This document shows, one piece after another, positions 25,157 through 32,773 of a stretch of DNA of 57,339 nucleotides. The position numbers and the translations under genes were made by a program. Numbering within the stretch: the first letter of the stretch is position 1; every line of letters begins with the position of its first letter. The DNA comes from a virus. Lineage: Duplodnaviria > Caudoviricetes. The notes beneath the pieces were generated by a model. That model saw only the letters and a list, made by a program, of their open reading frames with translations, was not told the DNA's origin and made no database searches. The stretch lies in IMG/VR virus record IMGVR_UViG_3300035659_000014, positions 1 through 57,339 of that record, one strand, 5' to 3'.

Positions 25157-28100
25157 CAGCCCGACCTTCCCGCAATGGCCGTCTTAACCTCTTGCAGATT
25201 TTCGAGCAGGACTTCGACGAGGACACGTTCGTTGATGGTGACGATGCGCACCGGCAGGTTCACCGAGCCGCCGCCGAACGACCCGCCCGCGTTCAGGCGA
25301 TCGAGCCCCGCCCGCCCGAGCGTCCGCATCCCGCGATGGTTGACGACGCCTTCGTACGGCAGCGCCCAGATCGGGACTTGCCCGCCTGCGTGGAATTGCT
25401 GCGCACCGGCCCAGACGCCGGGGACATAGGCACCGCCGTGACGAGTGATCCAGGGTTCGACCACGCCGCCGGAGTGGTATTCGCGTTCCGCGCCTTCCTC
25501 GATCCAGGGTGGGGCCGCCGCGGTCCCGGTCGGCGCCCGGGTCGCGATCTGATAAAGCAGCTCGCCCATATACTCCGTGGCGGCAGCCGTCCGGTCCGTA
25601 GCGCTGGCCGTGCGATTGGCCGCGTCCATCTGGGCCTCTCCGATGATGCCGGCGGCCTCGGCTTCCGCGAGCAAACGCTTCGTGCCTTCATCGAGCGTGT
25701 ACTCGGGGTGCCGTTGCTGCAGCATCCAGAGGGTCTGCAACGTCGGCTGCATGACAGCCAACGCCTCTGCCTCCGAAAGCCCGGGCTTCCCTTCAAGTCC
25801 CACCATGCCCCTGAATTGGCCGGTAGCTGTCGCAGCCAGATCCTGGAACGTGGCTTGTGTCATCAGGCCGTAGTTGGCAGTCCCGACCGCGAGATTGTTC
25901 AGGGCCGTGACGGCGCCGGCCTGTTCCGGATTCGCCCTTGCCCAGTCGGAGATATGAACGAGCGACCCGAAGGCACCTTCGGCCGTCCAGTGGAACTGCT
26001 CGGCCGCCTTGGCAAGATCGTCGAAGCCCGGAGCGAGGTCCGTCAGGGCTTCAAGCAGTGACTTGCCCGCTGCGCGTTCGAGGTTGAACGTGGCCACCAT
26101 CAGCCGACCGGCGCGCGCGTACGCCTCGGGGCCTTCGGCGCCCAACGCGGCAATTCTCGCCTCGGCCCGCGCCCGTTCTTCCCGTTTGGCCGCGAGATCC
26201 GCCGTCACCTTGGCCGCGTCTTTCTCAGCCTGCATGCGCCGATCAACAGCAATGGCGTACGATTGCTCGGCGCTCTCGGCAGCTTCGGCCGTCCCCGTCC
26301 GGTAGTCGCGCTCGGACCGGGCCTTCTCGGCGGCAATCTTGGCCTTCTCCTCTGCCTGCCGCAGTCCATCGACGCCGATGGCCCCCAGGTCCGTCTGCAC
26401 GACGTAACCTTCCAGCGTCCGGGCCCCGCTGGCCTGGGCGTCGGTCAGATCGCGAATGGCGTCGGCGGCCGCCTTCGCCAGGTCGATCTCCTTCGCGAGC
26501 GCTGCGATCGGCACCACGGCGGCAGCCAGTGCGTTCGCCCCACTGACGGCGAGACCTCGCTGTTTTTCGAGGAAGTCCGTCACCGCCTTCACTTCGAGGC
26601 CGGCGTCCTTCGTACCCCGAATGAAATTGAGCAGATCCTGCGTGACGAGTCCGCCCTTGTCCGTCGCCGCCATCAGGCGGTCGGTGAAGGCGGCCAATGT
26701 CTCCGCGAACAACTTCGCCGTGTCCTGGAGGCCCTTCAGGCCCGCCGTACCCGGGCCACCCGTGCCACCCAGAGTGAACGCCGCCGGCAGATCCACGCCG
26801 AGAATTTTCGCCCAGCGATCGATTTCGGCCAGCGATCCGTACGTGCTGACCAGACTCGCCTTGAGCTGGTCGAACGACGTGTTCGCGTCGAGTTCCTTGA
26901 GCTTCCATTGGGCGTAGGTGACCGTCGTGTCGAGCCGCTTCTTGAGCTCTTCCGCGTACGGATCGACGTGCTTGAAGAGACCATAGAGGAAGCCGACGCC
27001 CGCGCCAATGATCGTGCCGTAGGGCACATTCACCTCGGATCCGATGGCGGCACCAGTCGCCGCCCCGCTCAGGGCGTTCTTCCAGCGCGACGTCGAAGAC
27101 GTGGCCTGTTCCATCGCCGCTGCCATCTGCAAGACCGAAACGGTCAGTGTCGCAATCCCCTGTGCGGTCCCGATCGCCCCGTCTTCCATGCCGTAGAGCG
27201 TCTCGCCGAAGGTCCTCGTGGCCTTGGCGCCCAGAACCATCGACGAGATCGTCATCCCGAGCCATCGCGCCATGTCGGACATCGATCCACCCGAAACCTG
27301 CGCCAACTGCTGGAAGGCCGCAGCGATCCCGTCGAGGTCCGCGAGGAAACCTTTCACCCACATGCCACGCGCGGACTGCTCGGCGTCGTACCACTGCTGC
27401 CAAGCCGCGCGCAGTTGTTCCGCGGTGTACGTGCCCTTTGCGCGCATCGCTTCGAAATCTTGTCGGGCGATCTGCGCAGTCTTGTCGAGTTCGGTTTGCG
27501 TGAAGATGCCCTGCGCGCGCAGCCGTTCTTCGACGGTGTCGGCCGTGCTGTTGGCCAGATCGATCTGGTGTTGGTAATAGGCCGTGAGCTCGGCCGTCGT
27601 CATCCGGGCGAGTTCGGAATCGGCCCCGAACCGGCGCTTGGCGGCATCGATGTCCGCGTCCCGTGCGCGGGTGATCTGCGCGACTTGGAGGTCCGCGCCG
27701 TGTAGGGCTAGGTCTGCGTTCTTATCGTGGAATTCCTTGTAGGTCGTCAGTTGTTCGAGAACCTGCGCGTTTGTCGCCGCCTGCTGTTTCTTCGCGATTT
27801 CTTCCCAGAGCGCGGTCGTCTTCACGTGCAGATCGGCGACGGACTTCGCCCAGAGGTCGTCAACCGCGTTACGTTCTGCCGCCGCCGTGCTGTAACTGCG
27901 GATCGCGCCTTCGCCGATGTGAAGCAGGAGGGCGATTTGCCCCTCTGCCAGGCCGCGCTTCTGGTAGTACTGAATGTCGATTTCCTGCTGCGCACTGAGC
28001 GGGATCTGGGCTGCGGTCGCCGCCTTGACCGCCTCCGCGTACTGCTTCTGTTTCTGGGCGGCTTCGTCGAGGATCTTGAGGTAGGCCACGACTGAAGCGA

Positions 28101-29304
28101 GCGCCAACTTGCGGTCGTTGGCGATCTGCTGGTCGGCCAACCCCTGCTCGTGCGCGAGCCGCACGTACAACTGTTGGTCGGCAGTCAACGGCACCAGGGC
28201 AGCGTGTCCCTGCTGCCATGTCGTGATCTGGTTCCGCCAACCCTGGGCATCAGTCGTGAGCGTCTGCGCCACCTCGGTGTTGGCTACCGCGAGATTCTTC
28301 TGGCCGGAGATAAGGGCGACCGTTTCCCGCGTCCGGGCTTGCAACCCGGCAATCTCCCCGGCCAGCACTTTTGCCCGCATCTCGTCTGTGGCCGTTGACG
28401 CCGCCGGAACCGGCTCGGTAGCGGGTCGTCGAAACCCCCAGCCAACCCGACCAGTGAGTAAGTCTGCCGCTGGCAGGACCGTGTCGGGGTGCAGCACGCG
28501 CAGCCAGAAGCCTGCTCCCTCGACAGCGCCAGTCTTAAGCCAGCCGACCAGGATGCTGAATTGCTCGCCCACTTCGTGGACACGGGCGATCGAGTCCTCC
28601 GAAGCGATCAACCCTGTCTCTCGGGCAAACTCACGCGCCTCCGGCACACCGCGATTGATGAGGGCCATGAGTTGCTGGACGCCGCGGCCGTAGAGATCGG
28701 TGCCGAGACGTGCCTTCGTCCCCTCGGAGTCAACATGCCTGAGTGCTTCAGCGGTCTGCTCGAAGACCTGGTCAGGGCTCAGCCCGCGCAGTCGTTCGGT
28801 GCTCAACCCGAGGAAGTCCAAGGCGGCCCTGGTCGCGACGTCCCCTTCTGCGATTCGGCGCGAGAGTTGGAACACGCCCTGCGCCATCGTCTCCATGTCG
28901 ATGCCGACACTTTTGCCCGCGACGCCGAGCTCCTGCACGGCCGTGGTCGACATGCCACTGGCGAGCGCAATGTCGTGGACCCGTTCCGCGTAATCGATCA
29001 GATGCTTGATGGCCTGGACAACCCCGGCGAGCGACAGCGCCACGCCGAACGCCCCCGCCAGCCGCGTCACGACACTCATGGTGCCGCCGAGCTTCTGCGC
29101 CGTGGCGTCGAGATTCGTGGTGTGCTTGCCCGCTTGCTGCGCCGCTTGGCCGCTGGTCTGAATCGCACGGCCGTACTGGTCAACGAGCCCGCTGGCGCGG
29201 GTCGCGGTCTGGCCGGTCTTGTCGATCTCTTTGTCGAGCGTACGGAAGGCGGTGGTCGCCTTGCCCGTATCGACATCGACGACGATCGTGAGTTGTCGGG
29301 CCAT
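25156..29304 (-). CDS. Tape measure protein
   Basis: About 1380 aa, Ala-rich helical, hydrophobic Gly-rich patches, HxGG..EGVVN C-terminus; follows chaperones. Confidence 0.9.
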   Translation of the reverse strand: MARQLTIVVDVDTGKATTAFRTLDKEIDKTGQTATRASGLVDQYGRAIQTSGQAAQQAGKHTTNLDATAQKLGGTMSVVTRLAGAFGVALSLAGVVQAIKHLIDYAERVHDIALASGMSTTAVQELGVAGKSVGIDMETMAQGVFQLSRRIAEGDVATRAALDFLGLSTERLRGLSPDQVFEQTAEALRHVDSEGTKARLGTDLYGRGVQQLMALINRGVPEAREFARETGLIASEDSIARVHEVGEQFSILVGWLKTGAVEGAGFWLRVLHPDTVLPAADLLTGRVGWGFRRPATEPVPAASTATDEMRAKVLAGEIAGLQARTRETVALISGQKNLAVANTEVAQTLTTDAQGWRNQITTWQQGHAALVPLTADQQLYVRLAHEQGLADQQIANDRKLALASVVAYLKILDEAAQKQKQYAEAVKAATAAQIPLSAQQEIDIQYYQKRGLAEGQIALLLHIGEGAIRSYSTAAAERNAVDDLWAKSVADLHVKTTALWEEIAKKQQAATNAQVLEQLTTYKEFHDKNADLALHGADLQVAQITRARDADIDAAKRRFGADSELARMTTAELTAYYQHQIDLANSTADTVEERLRAQGIFTQTELDKTAQIARQDFEAMRAKGTYTAEQLRAAWQQWYDAEQSARGMWVKGFLADLDGIAAAFQQLAQVSGGSMSDMARWLGMTISSMVLGAKATRTFGETLYGMEDGAIGTAQGIATLTVSVLQMAAAMEQATSSTSRWKNALSGAATGAAIGSEVNVPYGTIIGAGVGFLYGLFKHVDPYAEELKKRLDTTVTYAQWKLKELDANTSFDQLKASLVSTYGSLAEIDRWAKILGVDLPAAFTLGGTGGPGTAGLKGLQDTAKLFAETLAAFTDRLMAATDKGGLVTQDLLNFIRGTKDAGLEVKAVTDFLEKQRGLAVSGANALAAAVVPIAALAKEIDLAKAAADAIRDLTDAQASGARTLEGYVVQTDLGAIGVDGLRQAEEKAKIAAEKARSERDYRTGTAEAAESAEQSYAIAVDRRMQAEKDAAKVTADLAAKREERARAEARIAALGAEGPEAYARAGRLMVATFNLERAAGKSLLEALTDLAPGFDDLAKAAEQFHWTAEGAFGSLVHISDWARANPEQAGAVTALNNLAVGTANYGLMTQATFQDLAATATGQFRGMVGLEGKPGLSEAEALAVMQPTLQTLWMLQQRHPEYTLDEGTKRLLAEAEAAGIIGEAQMDAANRTASATDRTAAATEYMGELLYQIATRAPTGTAAAPPWIEEGAEREYHSGGVVEPWITRHGGAYVPGVWAGAQQFHAGGQVPIWALPYEGVVNHRGMRTLGRAGLDRLNAGGSFGGGSVNLPVRIVTINERVLVEVLLENLQEVKTAIAGRSG

Positions 29305-29319
29305 CGGCGGTTCCATCCC

Positions 29320-29670
29320 TCACGTCGTCGCCGGCATGGGCGGCGGCGGATAGAGCAGCTCGTAGATGAGCGAGAGGCGATCGAGGAGATCGCCCAAATC
29401 CTCCGCGTCCACCACCTCCGCAGTCAGCCGGCGAAAGACCTCGCCGCCCAAGTGCAGGTCAGCGGTGAAGCGCGTCGCCATCTGATTGAAGAGCCGCCAC
29501 GCCTCGGCGTTCTCCGACCAGAGATCCTCGAGCGCGTCGGCCACCGGGCACGTATCGCAGTCGAACTGTCCCGGCTCGCTGGCGATTTCCTCATCGGTCG
29601 ACGACAGGCAGCACGTGTGCTGGTTCCTGGCATCGACCCAGAATTCGAGGAAGCTACGCAGATTGGCGAA
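29320..29670 (-). CDS. Tail assembly chaperone frameshift extension (T-like)
   Basis: Open +1 frame overlapping the chaperone end; CDTC motif; no clear own SD. Confidence 0.65.
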   Translation of the reverse strand, partial: FANLRSFLEFWVDARNQHTCCLSSTDEEIASEPGQFDCDTCPVADALEDLWSENAEAWRLFNQMATRFTADLHLGGEVFRRLTAEVVDAEDLGDLLDRLSLIYELLYPPPPMPATT

Positions 29671-30055
29671 ACGACGCCTCGCGATCCTCGGCATCGCGCG
29701 GCTTGACGATCTCGTTCAGGCCCGCCCGCTCGAGCAGCGCATCCTTGGTCGGCGCGTCGAGACGCATCTTGTTCTCTCGCGTGCACGCCGCCGGCTCGGC
29801 GCCGTCGAGAATCCCGATCCAGGACGCAACGACGTAGTCGACCAGGTCGTCGGTGACGGCCGCCCAATCGGTGACATCTTGCATCGCGCGGGTGCGCCGG
29901 TCCGGTTCCTTGCGTGTATGCAGCCGGACGATCTCGCGGTGCTTCTCGGTCGTCAGCGGGCGCAACGTGTACGTCGTGTCGGGGTCGCCACCCGACAGCA
30001 ACTCGGAATCCTTCGCCGTGATCGTGATTGTCGGATCGATGAGTCGCTTCGCCAT
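29654..30055 (-). CDS. Tail assembly chaperone (G-like)
   Basis: GGAGGT SD; between major tail and tape measure; DYVVASWIGI. Confidence 0.8.
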   Translation of the reverse strand: MAKRLIDPTITITAKDSELLSGGDPDTTYTLRPLTTEKHREIVRLHTRKEPDRRTRAMQDVTDWAAVTDDLVDYVVASWIGILDGAEPAACTRENKMRLDAPTKDALLERAGLNEIVKPRDAEDREASFRQSA

Positions 30056-30115
30056 CGTTACCTCCCATGCGGCGCGGGCCGATCTCACTCGGCACCGCGC
30101 CTCCCTCCGTCGTAG

Positions 30116-30191
30116 TGGTAGCGGGCGCAGGAATTGAACCTGCCGTAAGACGGGTATGAGCCGTCCATGTCCACCAGTTCATCTGCCCGCG
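30116..30191 (-). tRNA. tRNA-Met(CAT), initiator-like
   Basis: 76 nt cloverleaf: CGCGGGC/GCCCGCT acceptor with 1:72 mismatch, GACGG-CTCATAC-CCGTC, GCAGG-TTCAATT-CCTGC, ACCA end. Confidence 0.8.
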
Positions 30192-30197
30192 GTTGCC

Positions 30198-31256
30198 CTA
30201 GAACGCGATCAGCGAGTTCGTCATGATGCGCGTCAGGCGCATCGGCCGCAGGAACGTCATGTTCGTCGGCGTCGTCGCGGCGAGGTACGCCTTGAAGGTC
30301 GCCTTCGGCTTGACCTGGGCCGCGCCCGCCTGTGCCGCATCGAAGGCCGTCAGGATCAAGCACGGGAACTCGTACAGCTTCATGTACTGATCCGCGCTGT
30401 TGATGTTGGCGCCCTTGAACGTGAGGTCGCCCTTCCATGCTTGACTTGCCTGCAGCCCGATATACAGGCTGTTCGCTGTGACGGTGTTCATGCGCGGGTA
30501 GGTGACATCGACGCTGATGCCCAGGAACCCGTTGTCGGCCGGTTCATCGATGACCTCCTGGCCGCTCACGCTCGGCTTGTCCATGACCCGAGCGAGGGCC
30601 AGCTTCAGCGTCTCGTACTTCACCCCCGAGGCCGGGACCAGCGAGGTGCCCACCTGCGGGTTCATGCGAAACGTGGCGTGCTTCCGGAAGATGCGATTGG
30701 TCTGCGCGAGGAACACGGCGCCGCCAATCGTCGAGTTGATGTTGACGCTCGAGGTCACGGTCGGGCGCGTGCCGAGCACCTTGTAACTCGTCAGGATCCG
30801 CCCGCCGTCGCCGTCACCTTCCTCGAATCCGTAGACCTTCGCGGAGGTGAGCTCCTCGACGAAGTAGAGCTTGTCCTGCGCGAGCGTGATGCCGAGGCCA
30901 TCGATCACGTCGGCCAGGTCGATCACGTGCTTCCACGAGGTTACCTGCGATCCGACGCTTGACGAGATCGTGACAGCGTTCGGCGAACCCATCGCAAGCG
31001 CGTCGAAGATGAACAGGTTGTCGTCGTACCGCGCCTGCGCCGACAGCACGAGATCCGGCGGCTCGTAGTCGCCGACTTCCGGCTGGCCCAGGAACGACTG
31101 CCCGAAGGCGTCGTCTTCGACCATCTTGGGCTGGAGCTTCAACCCGCCGTCGGAGGAAAAGAACACCCCCATGGTGACGCTGGCGGGCACGTTCCAGGAG
31201 TTCGTGGCGTACTTCGCAAACGCCATCTTCACGCTTTTCCCGGTGAGTCCAATCAT
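30198..31256 (-). CDS. Major tail (tube) protein
   Basis: Beta-rich 352 aa upstream of chaperones; no sheath gene seen. Confidence 0.75.
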   Translation of the reverse strand: MIGLTGKSVKMAFAKYATNSWNVPASVTMGVFFSSDGGLKLQPKMVEDDAFGQSFLGQPEVGDYEPPDLVLSAQARYDDNLFIFDALAMGSPNAVTISSSVGSQVTSWKHVIDLADVIDGLGITLAQDKLYFVEELTSAKVYGFEEGDGDGGRILTSYKVLGTRPTVTSSVNINSTIGGAVFLAQTNRIFRKHATFRMNPQVGTSLVPASGVKYETLKLALARVMDKPSVSGQEVIDEPADNGFLGISVDVTYPRMNTVTANSLYIGLQASQAWKGDLTFKGANINSADQYMKLYEFPCLILTAFDAAQAGAAQVKPKATFKAYLAATTPTNMTFLRPMRLTRIMTNSLIAF

Positions 31257-31268
31257 GAGCGGCCCCCT

Positions 31269-31685
31269 TCAGGCCTGCGCCTCATAGTCGACCGGCAGGG
31301 TGAGGCGCAAGACCGAGAACGCCCTGCCCGGCTCATGGTTGAGGGTGAAGCCGCGCCCTTCGTCGGGCACGTCGTAGTCCCCGACCACCCCGTCCCGAAT
31401 GACGGCCGCGCTGATCGAGGCACAGTCGGTGAGCAACTTCTGATAGCAGACCTCCGGGTCGCCCTGCTGCAAACGCGCCACCTCGACGTGCAAGAGATCC
31501 ACGTGCGTTTCTGAGTAGTTGCTGCCGCCGCTGACGTGGCCCGCTTCGGCCCCGATATGGAATAAACCATCGATGATCGTGAGCGGGTCGCGGTCGAAGT
31601 CGATCGGGTTGGCCGAGCGCGTCAGCGAGTACGGTGACGCGGCCAGAATCGACGTCACGCGAGTGCGAATCGTGTCGAGCACCAT
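31269..31685 (-). CDS. Tail terminator/completion protein
   Basis: Size and position before major tail. Confidence 0.6.
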   Translation of the reverse strand: MVLDTIRTRVTSILAASPYSLTRSANPIDFDRDPLTIIDGLFHIGAEAGHVSGGSNYSETHVDLLHVEVARLQQGDPEVCYQKLLTDCASISAAVIRDGVVGDYDVPDEGRGFTLNHEPGRAFSVLRLTLPVDYEAQA

Positions 31686-32545
31686 CAGGCACGCTCCAAT
31701 CGCCACCCACCGCCGACCTGTTCGCTCGTCTGGTCAGCCTCGGCGGAGGAAATCTGCTCGGATTCGTCGGTATCGAACTCGCCGCCGATCAACGGCAGCA
31801 CGCGCTCCAGGGCGAGCCCCGCTTCCTTGCCGTAGTAGTCGGCCTTGTCCTGCCAGGGCCCATCCGCGCCGGTCGGGGCCTCGGCCATGATGAGGTGTAG
31901 GGTCCGCAGGGCGGCCGCCGCCCGCAACAGGGAGGCCCGCAGCACGGCCATCTGGCCGGCCTTGGCGCCCGCAGGCGAGGCGTTCGCGGTGACCTTGACC
32001 CAGTACCGGCCTACCGAGCCGTTGACCGCCCGGGGGCTCCAGTCGGCCGGCAGGGCCCATGTCACGGCGCCCCCACCGGAGAGGGTCTTCCCCGTCGCCA
32101 CGATCGTCCCGTCCATGATTGTCAGGGCCTTCCACGCACCGCTCCAGTACGCCACGGCGAGCGTGGCGGTCGAGGTCGAAACGGCATCGGCCAGCCGGCA
32201 GAACAGCCCGCGGAAGGGTTCCTGCGAGCCGACGTAGAGCGCGTCGGTCGCCGGTGTCGTGATGATGGTCGCAAGATCGAGGTCGTCCTCGGTCTGGCTG
32301 GAGGCCGCCGCGGTGTAATCGCCGTACACGCCAGCGGTGCAACCGAACACCTGGTCGGCTTCGAACCGGGTCCGGAGGCGTTGAGGCGCGAAGCCGTTCG
32401 CCCGCAGGACCGGGTAGAGCCAGTCTTCGAGCGCCTTGGTGCGCTTGGCAAGCCAGGTCGTCTGGCCGAACTTCGTCAGGATGGTGGACTCGTAATCGAC
32501 GAGATCCTGATCGGAGACGAGGTCGTTCGGGTGCCAGCTACTCAT
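31685..32545 (-). CDS. Head-tail adaptor-like virion protein with inserted beta domain
   Basis: Helical termini (WQDKADYY..) around a beta-sandwich-like core; neck position. Confidence 0.55.
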   Translation of the reverse strand: MSSWHPNDLVSDQDLVDYESTILTKFGQTTWLAKRTKALEDWLYPVLRANGFAPQRLRTRFEADQVFGCTAGVYGDYTAAASSQTEDDLDLATIITTPATDALYVGSQEPFRGLFCRLADAVSTSTATLAVAYWSGAWKALTIMDGTIVATGKTLSGGGAVTWALPADWSPRAVNGSVGRYWVKVTANASPAGAKAGQMAVLRASLLRAAAALRTLHLIMAEAPTGADGPWQDKADYYGKEAGLALERVLPLIGGEFDTDESEQISSAEADQTSEQVGGGWRLERA

Positions 32546-32563
32546 TGAGTTATAATCCTCACG

Positions 32564-32773
32564 GTGATGACCGACGAAGACCGCGTCCTGCCGTTTCTAC
32601 CGCGGCCGCCAAGATCACGCGACATCATCGTTGTCGAACAACCGCACTCACCGACGCATCCCGTAATCGTGCGCGCGATCATCCCCTCCCCAAGTGAAAT
32701 ACCCGCCGACATCGTACCGTTCCCGCCTCGGGATCACGGCACGCCTCCGGACTCCTCGAACGGATCAACATGA
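32564..32773 (+). CDS. Small antisense Pro-rich protein, leaderless
   Basis: TATAAT at 32551-32556 then 7 nt then GTG; fills a gap in the minus-strand operon. Confidence 0.4.
   Translation: MMTDEDRVLPFLPRPPRSRDIIVVEQPHSPTHPVIVRAIIPSPSEIPADIVPFPPRDHGTPPDSSNGST

Noticed and set aside
30085-30182. Small ORFs between major tail and chaperone genes
   Set aside because: Region is better explained by the tRNA-Met cloverleaf
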